Shown: one piece after another, positions 8,118 through 14,971 of the stretch
Layout: every line of letters starts with the position of its first letter
Numbering within the stretch: position 1 is the first letter of the stretch
IMG/VR virus record: IMGVR_UViG_3300020499_000002
Strand: one strand, 5' to 3'
DNA: 64,000 nucleotides
DNA from: an uncultured virus (IMG/VR IMGVR_UViG_3300020499_000002)
Taxonomy: Duplodnaviria; Heunggongvirae; Uroviricota; Caudoviricetes
Notes under the pieces: generated by a model
Told to the model about the DNA's origin: nothing
What the model saw: only the letters and a program-made list of their open reading frames with translations
The model's database searches: none
Position numbers and translations under genes: made by a program

Positions 8118-9095
8118 ATGGCTCACGAAATTGAATTTGTTGATGGTATCGCTCAAATGGCATATGCTGGGGCTGTTCCTTGGCATGGTCTAGGCGTAAA
8201 GGTTCCGGCTGATCTTACGCCGGAACAGATGCTCGAGGCTGCTGGTTTGGACTGGGTGGTGCAGAAGTTTCCGACTTTTGCTATTCTCGACGAAAATGAT
8301 CCGGATAGCGTAATCGAGACAAAGCAGTCTGCTCTTGTTCGTATGAAGGATAAGAAGCTGCTCGATGTCGTCTCTGACGATTGGAACCCTGTTCAGAACG
8401 CCGAGGCTTTCGACTTCTTCAACGAATTCGTTATGGCTGGCGATATGGAGATGCATACTGCTGGCTCTCTGAAGGGCGGACAGATCGTTTGGGGTCTTGC
8501 CAAGGTTAAGGAGTCATTTGAACTCTTTAAGGGCGATCAGATCGATTCCTATCTTCTGTTCTCTAATTTCCATAAGTATGGGTTTTCTACAGACGTTCGG
8601 TTCACTCCGATCCGTGTAGTTTGTAATAATACTCTTACCTTGTCTCTCAGCTCGTCGGTAGAACGGATGGCTAAGATTTCTCACCGTAAGCAGTTTAATC
8701 CTGCTAACGTAAAGGATATGCTTGGTATTGCTACCGATAAGCTGCAGAAGTATAAGGAGATGGCTCAGTTTCTTGGGTCTAAGAAGGCTAAGACCGAGTC
8801 AATTGTCGAATACTTTGAGCGTATCTTTCCGCTTGCTGGTGCGACTACCGAAGATAAGGCAGAAGGTAAGCGTTCGAAGAATGCCAATATTGCTCTTGGT
8901 ATTCTTGATACGCAGCCTGGTAGCGAGTATGCTCAGGGAAGCTGGTGGCAGCCGTTTAATGCTGTTACTTTTATGACCGATCATGTTCTCGGTCGTTCAG
9001 CTGACACTCGTCTCCAGTCTGCTTGGTATGGTTACAACAAGGGTCTAAAGACAAAGGCTCTTGAACTCGCTGTTGAGATGGCCGAAGCCGCTTGA
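8118..9095 (+). CDS. DUF932/DUF945-family phage/plasmid protein
   Basis: MAHEIE...VPWHGLG...AGLDW...PVQNAEAF...TAGSLKGG...TPIRVVCNNTL motifs. Confidence 0.9.
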   Translation: MAHEIEFVDGIAQMAYAGAVPWHGLGVKVPADLTPEQMLEAAGLDWVVQKFPTFAILDENDPDSVIETKQSALVRMKDKKLLDVVSDDWNPVQNAEAFDFFNEFVMAGDMEMHTAGSLKGGQIVWGLAKVKESFELFKGDQIDSYLLFSNFHKYGFSTDVRFTPIRVVCNNTLTLSLSSSVERMAKISHRKQFNPANVKDMLGIATDKLQKYKEMAQFLGSKKAKTESIVEYFERIFPLAGATTEDKAEGKRSKNANIALGILDTQPGSEYAQGSWWQPFNAVTFMTDHVLGRSADTRLQSAWYGYNKGLKTKALELAVEMAEAA

Positions 9096-9120
9096 CTTTT
9101 AATAAAAACTAAGTTATAAT
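9089..9120 (+). promoter_or_regulatory. sigma70-type promoter
   Basis: CGC-TTGACT(9092)-N17-TATAAT(9115). Confidence 0.85.
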
Positions 9121-9142
9121 TCTATATAACTTGGAGGATAAC

Positions 9143-10273
9143 ATGGCTCGTCGCGCTGCTCTTATTAAACGTAAACCGAAGATTACTCGCACGACTCGTT
9201 CGGAGCAGTATATCATTAATAAGAAGCATCTGGGCGACGAGCCAATTTTCACGAAGCCTCTTACAAAGGTAGATTACATCTACGCTCTGAATTGGTATAA
9301 CTATATGTGCACCAATACAGAGGCCAAAGAATATATTGTAGAATATCTTAAAAATCTTGGCCGTGTGCTCGAGGCTAAACAGTTCAAGTCTGTTCCTGAC
9401 AATCTTGTGCCGACAACTGTGGCATGGATTTGTCGTATGTTGTCTAAAGGATATAAACTTCCTACTGATACCGCTGAATATATCAATCAACGCATCAAAG
9501 AAACATATAAATACATTCAGGAACCCAAGGAAGAAAGTAGTAAGCCGACGGTTTCTATTCAAGATCGCATGCGCGAGCGTACACACGATATTCTCGGTGA
9601 AATTGAGGGAATGATAGACGACTACATCTACAATAATGTAGAATTTTCTCTTTATGAGTGGCTGCAGTCTAATAACATTCCTGCCGCCTATGCTACTTCT
9701 ATCATCTCCAAATTTACCCCAGTCTTAGACGAATTGCTGCAAGCATATGAGGGTAAATGTGAACAACTCAAAGAAGGTTATCGTCATCTCAAGAAAACCG
9801 AGATCAAAAATCTCGTCACATTCTACAATACTCTCATCGAAGATGCAGAGAGATATTGTTCGAACACGAAAAAAGTTAAGAAAGCTCGTAAGCCAAGAAC
9901 GATCTCGGTCGAAAAGAAAGTCAAGAATCTCAAGTTCCAAAAGGAAGATGCAACTTACAAACTTGCTTCGGTTAGTCCAGAGAAAATTATTGGTGCGCAG
10001 GAATTGTGGACGTTTAATTCGAAATACAAAACTGTCACGGTATTGCGTGCGATCGATCGTGGCGGGTTACAAATTAAGGGAACTAGCATTACAAACTTTG
10101 ACGAAGTTAATTCTATTACGAGATCTTTGGGGCGTAAAGACCCGAACGAAGTGGTCAAGCGCATACTTGAGGGTGGAAAACTTGTTCTCCGAAAAGTCCT
10201 TGACGATTTCAAGACGGAAAAGCCTCTTGCGTATCGCATCAACGAAAACACTATCCTGTTGAGGATTATATAA
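9143..10273 (+). CDS. conserved hypothetical protein of T4-like phages
   Basis: GGAGG RBS before ATG 9143; ALNWYNY...IIGAQELWTFNSKYK...IKGTSI...RINENTILLR. Confidence 0.8.
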   Translation: MARRAALIKRKPKITRTTRSEQYIINKKHLGDEPIFTKPLTKVDYIYALNWYNYMCTNTEAKEYIVEYLKNLGRVLEAKQFKSVPDNLVPTTVAWICRMLSKGYKLPTDTAEYINQRIKETYKYIQEPKEESSKPTVSIQDRMRERTHDILGEIEGMIDDYIYNNVEFSLYEWLQSNNIPAAYATSIISKFTPVLDELLQAYEGKCEQLKEGYRHLKKTEIKNLVTFYNTLIEDAERYCSNTKKVKKARKPRTISVEKKVKNLKFQKEDATYKLASVSPEKIIGAQELWTFNSKYKTVTVLRAIDRGGLQIKGTSITNFDEVNSITRSLGRKDPNEVVKRILEGGKLVLRKVLDDFKTEKPLAYRINENTILLRII

Positions 10274-10461
10274 TGAGCGATCTTAACGAAGACAAAGTCT
10301 ATGACTTGATTGTTGTAGCAAGATTCCTGCTATGGTATCAGAAGGAAAATCCTGATGCTGTGTGGGGAGGAGAAAAGATTGAAGAAGTAATTGATTCTTT
10401 CTCCAGTTTAACTGGATTCGATATTGCTTTGTTACAGAATATCGCATCCTTTCAAAAGTAA
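10273..10461 (+). CDS. hypothetical protein
   Basis: TAATG coupling. Confidence 0.7.
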   Translation: MSDLNEDKVYDLIVVARFLLWYQKENPDAVWGGEKIEEVIDSFSSLTGFDIALLQNIASFQK

Positions 10462-10472
10462 AGGAAAATAAG

Positions 10473-10667
10473 ATGAACAAGATTATCTTATCAACCGTTG
10501 CTGCCATGCTTATGGGTGGTAGTGCATTTGCTGGCGACGTTATTGCGCCTCCAGTTTCAAAGTATGTAGAAGAAACTCCTCTGCCTCCAAAGCGTCCTAC
10601 CAATTTTGGTAAGACTGACAATCAGAAGGTTGCACAGAAGGTTCAGGAAGTAACCACAAGGAAGTAA
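10473..10667 (+). CDS. secreted small protein
   Basis: signal peptide MNKIILSTVAAMLMGGSAFA; PLPPKRP motif. Confidence 0.75.
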   Translation: MNKIILSTVAAMLMGGSAFAGDVIAPPVSKYVEETPLPPKRPTNFGKTDNQKVAQKVQEVTTRK

Positions 10668-10669
10668 TT

Positions 10670-11020
10670 ATGAAGAATATCATGTATAGCGTGATGGTTG
10701 CTTCAATGTTATCTGGCTCTGCTGCTAGAGCAGAGCCAGAATTGAAGTGCTATGAAAATAAAGATTTCATGAAGATGATCGACGATAAGAATCTTTCTAC
10801 CATTTATAATGGTTTCAAGGATGATAACCGAGTTTCTGAGATCATGATGTCGAAGGAAAGATATATCTACGTTGTAGAATATGACAAGGCGACTGATGGT
10901 AATGCTTTTGCTGCCAAGCAATATTGCGTTACAACAATACTAAAAAACGTAACATTCAATGAATCTGCTATTGAATATCTTTACCAGCTTCTGGAAAAAG
11001 TGAGAGGACAAAAGACATGA
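10670..11020 (+). CDS. secreted hypothetical protein
   Basis: signal peptide ending AARA; Cys pair. Confidence 0.75.
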   Translation: MKNIMYSVMVASMLSGSAARAEPELKCYENKDFMKMIDDKNLSTIYNGFKDDNRVSEIMMSKERYIYVVEYDKATDGNAFAAKQYCVTTILKNVTFNESAIEYLYQLLEKVRGQKT

Positions 11021-11301
11021 GTATTCTTGGACCAGATGGTGGTTTAACTTTTAGTGTTACAGGTAAACAGAATAAAGATCCAATCACTGACATTCGAATG
11101 GTAATGTTTCCTAAGATGATGGTTCATCCAGAAACTAAACAGATGGTAATGGTTCCTATGCAGGATCTTCAATATCAACGTCAGGGTTCTACAGAATGGT
11201 TTTCAGTGGCCATTCACGAAACTGATAAACACGATTTTAACCCGGAGTATAAAAATGAAGAAGTATCTACTAGTAATTCTAGCGGGGTTATCCTTTCTTA
11301 G
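11017..11301 (+). CDS. hypothetical protein
   Basis: ATGA overlap. Confidence 0.7.
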   Translation: MSILGPDGGLTFSVTGKQNKDPITDIRMVMFPKMMVHPETKQMVMVPMQDLQYQRQGSTEWFSVAIHETDKHDFNPEYKNEEVSTSNSSGVILS

Positions 11302-11377
11302 TTTGGTTGGCTGTTCAGTACTCGGAACAGTCGTCAAGTGCTCTGTACGGGATAGTAGTAATAGACCGTGCCAGTGA
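11255..11377 (+). CDS. small lipoprotein
   Basis: 40 aa, not in ORF track: MKKYLLVILAGLSFLSLVGC-SVLGTVVKCSVRDSSNRPCQ; lipobox LVGC; GGAG RBS. Confidence 0.7.
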   Translation: MKKYLLVILAGLSFLSLVGCSVLGTVVKCSVRDSSNRPCQ

Positions 11378-11394
11378 AGGGCCAGAGGGAATAC

Positions 11395-11709
11395 ATGGAC
11401 CGGAAATCGAAGATTTTGAAAATTCTGTTGACAAGTAGCGTTTTTACGCTATACTATATGAATATGGCAATGGCAGCGGATGATATATCATGTGATAAGA
11501 AGACTAGCGATAGCCATATCATCCACTGTAAAACAAAAAAGGTGATGGATGTTTCGTTGGTTTCTATTAACGGCGGTGAGTGTAACTCTCCTGCATTCCA
11601 CTGGCATGGTAGCGGTGAGTTTTCCATTCCAGGAACTAAAGAATGTGGCTACGTTGGAGCAGTCACATTATCAATCGACGGTCACAATAAAACCTTCGCC
11701 CCATTATAA
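11395..11709 (+). CDS. secreted Cys-containing protein (start uncertain)
   Basis: signal-like segment ending AMA; four Cys. Confidence 0.65.
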   Translation: MDRKSKILKILLTSSVFTLYYMNMAMAADDISCDKKTSDSHIIHCKTKKVMDVSLVSINGGECNSPAFHWHGSGEFSIPGTKECGYVGAVTLSIDGHNKTFAPL

Positions 11710-11712
11710 ATA
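11705..11712 (+). promoter_or_regulatory. T4-type late promoter for tmRNA
   Basis: TATAAATA just upstream of the tmRNA acceptor piece. Confidence 0.7.
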
Positions 11713-11717
11713 GAATT

Positions 11718-12048
11718 GCCGAGGTCGTTGAGAGACGAAACATAGGTTTCTTGGACGTGGGTGCGATTCCCACCGCCTCCACCATAGATACATTAGGAAA
11801 GACAATGTTTTAGAAAAGTTCTAGCACCAAGTGAGTTCTAAAACATAAGAAGATCATTGCTTCAGCTTGCCGACTAGACTAGTGTATCTATGATGGGGGC
11901 GAACAGGTTCGACGGGATACAGTAAGGTCGTAAGGAGACCAAAGGCAAGTATAGGTGCTAACGATAACTTTGCACCATTTGACTTCGCTCTAGCAGCGTA
12001 AGTTCATTGGGTTCTGCAAGTCTTACCTCGAAACAGAAAAGACTTGCC
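11718..12048 (+). ncRNA. ssrA: circularly permuted two-piece tmRNA (acceptor piece ends CCA 11784; coding piece starts 11895)
   Basis: T-arm and CGCCTCC-ACCA precede GGGGGCG (G3:U70 Ala identity); tag ORF 11957-12001 ANDNFAPFDFALAA*; CGAGGT(11720)/ACCTCG(12025) inter-piece pairing; outer ends approximate. Confidence 0.95.
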
Positions 12049-12072
12049 TTTCTGATTATACCATAGTATAAT
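12044..12072 (+). promoter_or_regulatory. sigma70-type promoter for tRNA
   Basis: TTGCCT-N17-TATAAT ending ~10 nt before the tRNA. Confidence 0.65.
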
Positions 12073-12081
12073 ACTAATAAT

Positions 12082-12158
12082 GGCTCCGTAGCTCAGCAGG
12101 ATAGAGCAACAGACTTCTAATCTGTGGGTCGAACGTTCGAATCGTTCCGGAGTCGCCA
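12082..12158 (+). tRNA. tRNA-Arg(UCU)
   Basis: GGCTCCG/CGGAGTC acceptor stem, ACAGA-CTTCTAA-TCTGT anticodon arm, GTTCGAA T-loop, encoded CCA. Confidence 0.97.
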
Positions 12159-12176
12159 TTTCTTAGGAGAACTAAA

Positions 12177-12287
12177 ATGTCAAGACACAATCATTGGTTT
12201 TGGAATAGTTCTTTCGTCAATGTTGTCCATCAAAAATTACTACACTTAACTTCATACATCTGGAAGAAGCAGAATCACAACCACTAA
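12177..12287 (+). CDS. small hypothetical protein
   Basis: 36 aa with AGGAG RBS, not in ORF track. Confidence 0.55.
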   Translation: MSRHNHWFWNSSFVNVVHQKLLHLTSYIWKKQNHNH

Positions 12288-12303
12288 AATCGGAGATTAT
12301 ATT

Positions 12304-12498
12304 ATGGCTTATAGAGACGAACCTGGAATTGTCTATTATGTGACATGTCTGTTGATCTTTGGTTTTGCACTATATGGTTGGATTTCGAATATCCTTATCC
12401 TTTGGAATTCGTTTGATTCTCCTCTGACAGCTAAGATGATTGTTCGTATTGCTGGTATTTTTGTAACTCCTCTAGGAATTATTCTAGGATATATCTAA
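12304..12498 (+). CDS. small two-TM membrane protein
   Basis: YGWISNI...RIAGIFVTPLGIILGYI. Confidence 0.8.
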   Translation: MAYRDEPGIVYYVTCLLIFGFALYGWISNILILWNSFDSPLTAKMIVRIAGIFVTPLGIILGYI

Positions 12499-12510
12499 AA
12501 GGAATGTGGC

Positions 12511-12708
12511 TTGAAAAACTCTCGTCCTTCTTCGCTTTCGCAGATTTATAATCTGAAACATGCATTTGAATATGAACTGAATAATGTGTTAGCCTTTGAA
12601 GATAGACAGGAGTTTTTTAGAGTCATAAATTACTTTGAACAGAGAATTTCAGAATTGAAAGAAGAAGAAAAGCAATGCTTAAGAATTCAGTCTTCGTTGA
12701 AGAAGTAG
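12511..12708 (+). CDS. hypothetical protein
   Basis: ORF track, TTG start after AAGGA. Confidence 0.6.
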   Translation: MKNSRPSSLSQIYNLKHAFEYELNNVLAFEDRQEFFRVINYFEQRISELKEEEKQCLRIQSSLKK

Positions 12709-12893
12709 AAAAACTGTGTCGAGATAAGAATATCGAATATATTGATGCTGTTGTCTTTTGGTGCGAAAAAAATAATCTAGAAATAGAGACTGCTGCTTAT
12801 TGGATAAAAAAAGATCCAGTTATGAGATCTAAAATTCAACTAGAAGCCGAAAACCTTAATGTGCTTAAACGAGGAGCAAGATTGCCCATATAA
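12675..12893 (+). CDS. 33: late transcription coactivator gp33
   Basis: F..EVE....IEYIDAVV..CE.NN.E.E......KIQ.EA..LN.L; synteny with 59 and 32. Confidence 0.9.
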   Translation: MLKNSVFVEEVEKLCRDKNIEYIDAVVFWCEKNNLEIETAAYWIKKDPVMRSKIQLEAENLNVLKRGARLPI

Positions 12894-12896
12894 ATA
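12889..12896 (+). promoter_or_regulatory. T4-type late promoter
   Basis: TATAAATA. Confidence 0.6.
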
Positions 12897-12909
12897 TTAG
12901 GTTCAGCCA

Positions 12910-13428
12910 TTGTTGGAGGCGTCTATGCGTATAAAAACAATCGGTCGACCATCGCATGTATCCTTGGGGATAGTTAAAAAGGCAGCTTATTTTTATGGTA
13001 AATATCTAATCGGGGGTGGAAAGCTATTTAATAATATCCGTTTGACTGTTCAGTTTGAACACTTCAATAAAAATGACGGAGATTATGCATACTGCGATTG
13101 GACAGACGACAATAACAGTTGCAGAGAGTTTTTAATAGGTATTGACCATGCTTTGAGCAAAAAAGAAACTTTGCTTGCTCTTGCTCATGAAATGGTTCAT
13201 CTTAAGCAATATGCGAGAGGTGAAATGAAAGATATCTGGCGTCCGGTTAGAATGGTAAAGTGGCAGGGCGAAAGATACTTGCATGAAGAAATGGATTACT
13301 GGGAGTGCCCCTGGGAAATTGAAGCGTATGGTCGTGAAAAGGGTCTATACTTCAAATTTCTAACATATTTACAGTATGGAGAGCCTGAAGAATTATGTCA
13401 GCGTTCGAAGCATATAAAGAGTACATAG
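12910..13428 (+). CDS. zincin-like metallopeptidase (likely start 12925)
   Basis: LAHEMVHLKQY HExxH motif plus PWEIEAY. Confidence 0.8.
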   Translation: MLEASMRIKTIGRPSHVSLGIVKKAAYFYGKYLIGGGKLFNNIRLTVQFEHFNKNDGDYAYCDWTDDNNSCREFLIGIDHALSKKETLLALAHEMVHLKQYARGEMKDIWRPVRMVKWQGERYLHEEMDYWECPWEIEAYGREKGLYFKFLTYLQYGEPEELCQRSKHIKST

Positions 13429-13970
13429 CCCTTAAAAATCATTTCACCAAAGCTGATTATGACTACATTAAATACAACGGAAAGACAGGAATAAAACATG
13501 CTTCCTTTGAGAAGCGAAAAGACAAGATTTTCTTTGAGAAACTTTCAAAGATTGAGAATTATCACGAGTTTCTTATTGCTAATCTTAGTAATAATCCTAA
13601 ACTCTGGATTCGTGATCTAGCGTATTCAGAATCCGCTCAATTAACATATCAAAATTGGAAAAAGAGAAATCAGTCTCTTACATACAATTTTAAAAACGAT
13701 TTCAAAAAAATATTAGAAGAACCAGGAGGGCAGCAACATCCAGCCGCCCTTCGATTATATCTTGGTAACCAGATCAGTTTGGAGTCTCTTTGTATCTTTA
13801 TTAAAATGACAAAGGCGATCGATCAATGGGACTCTAAACTTGAATATGACCCGATATGGGAAGATATCCGATTGAGGGTTGTAAAATATACTTCATTCAT
13901 CAAATTTGATTATGAGAAAGTTAAGCAGACAATGCTTGACATTATGAATGATATGGAGTATACTAAATAA
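13395..13970 (+). CDS. 59: helicase loader gp59
   Basis: Y.ALKNHF...YDYIKYNGK.....FEKRKDK.FF.KL; precedes gp32. Confidence 0.92.
   Translation: MSAFEAYKEYIALKNHFTKADYDYIKYNGKTGIKHASFEKRKDKIFFEKLSKIENYHEFLIANLSNNPKLWIRDLAYSESAQLTYQNWKKRNQSLTYNFKNDFKKILEEPGGQQHPAALRLYLGNQISLESLCIFIKMTKAIDQWDSKLEYDPIWEDIRLRVVKYTSFIKFDYEKVKQTMLDIMNDMEYTK
13935..13968 (+). promoter_or_regulatory. promoter for gene 32
   Basis: TTGACA-N17-TATACT, overlapping a late-like ACTAAATA. Confidence 0.7.
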
Positions 13971-14031
13971 TGGCGGGCGATACAAATGCCCAACATACAA
14001 TTGTTATACACTGTAATACGGAGAAATATAC

Positions 14032-14937
14032 ATGGTAGATTTTAAGTCCCTCAAAGCAGCTTCAGGTAAGAAGTCTCTAGAATCCCTAACATCAGAGCTT
14101 AATAAGCTATCAGGCGGCGAAGGCAAGGGTGCCGATGATCGTTTCTGGGCGCCAACAGTCGATAAGGCTGGTAATGGTTATGCTGTTATTAGGTTTCTTC
14201 CTCCACCAGCTAACGAAGACGTTCCTTTCGTTCGTATCTTTGATCATGGTTTCCAGGGTCCAGGTGGATGGTATATTGAGAATTCTCTGACCACTCTTGG
14301 TAAGAATGACCCAGTTTCAGAATATAATTCTAAGTTGTGGAACTCCGGTATTGAGGCCAACAAGGAAATTGCTCGTAAGCAGAAGCGTCGCCTTCACTTC
14401 ATCAGCAATATCTACGTTGTCAGCGATTCTGGCAATCCTGCTAATGAGGGTAAAGTTTTTCTTTACAAGTACGGTAAGAAGATCTTTGACAAGCTCAAGG
14501 AAGCGATGGAGCCACAGTTTGCGGATGAAGAGGCTGTAAATCCTTTTGATCTTTGGGCTGGTGCTAACTTCAAGTTGAAGATTCGTAATCTCGAGGGTTA
14601 TCGCAATTACGATAAGTCTGAGTTTGATAAACCAAGTCCACTTCTTAAGGATGACGAAGAGCTAGAAAAGGTTTGGAAGAGCGAACATTCACTTCAGGAA
14701 TTTCTTGCTCCATCTAACTTCAAATCTTATGAAGAACTTCAGACTCGTTTGTCTAAGGTTCTTGCTGAAGACTCTGCTCCTGCAAAGCGTAAGGCAGCGG
14801 AGAACACTGAAGTTCCATGGCAGGAAGAAGAGTCTGCTCCTACCTTTAAGGCGACTCATGCGCCAAAGTATTCATCTGATGATGAAGATGATGATGATGA
14901 GTCATTGGAGTTTTTTAAGAAACTTGCTAACGACTAA
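14032..14937 (+). CDS. 32: single-stranded DNA-binding protein gp32
   Basis: DDRFW.P..DKAGNGYAVIRFLP, GANFKLKIR, NYDKSEF, acidic C-tail. Confidence 0.98.
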   Translation: MVDFKSLKAASGKKSLESLTSELNKLSGGEGKGADDRFWAPTVDKAGNGYAVIRFLPPPANEDVPFVRIFDHGFQGPGGWYIENSLTTLGKNDPVSEYNSKLWNSGIEANKEIARKQKRRLHFISNIYVVSDSGNPANEGKVFLYKYGKKIFDKLKEAMEPQFADEEAVNPFDLWAGANFKLKIRNLEGYRNYDKSEFDKPSPLLKDDEELEKVWKSEHSLQEFLAPSNFKSYEELQTRLSKVLAEDSAPAKRKAAENTEVPWQEEESAPTFKATHAPKYSSDDEDDDDESLEFFKKLAND

Positions 14938-14944
14938 AATGAAG

Positions 14945-14970
14945 AGGGAGCCAAATTGGCTCCCTTTTTT
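14945..14970 (+). terminator. rho-independent terminator between convergent genes
   Basis: AGGGAGCCAA-A-TTGGCTCCCT followed by T-run. Confidence 0.85.
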
Positions 14971-14971
14971 A

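Noticed and set aside
11428..11455. TTGACA-N16-TATACT inside ORF 11395
   Set aside because: Lies within a signal-peptide coding region with no downstream RBS; cannot be told from chance.
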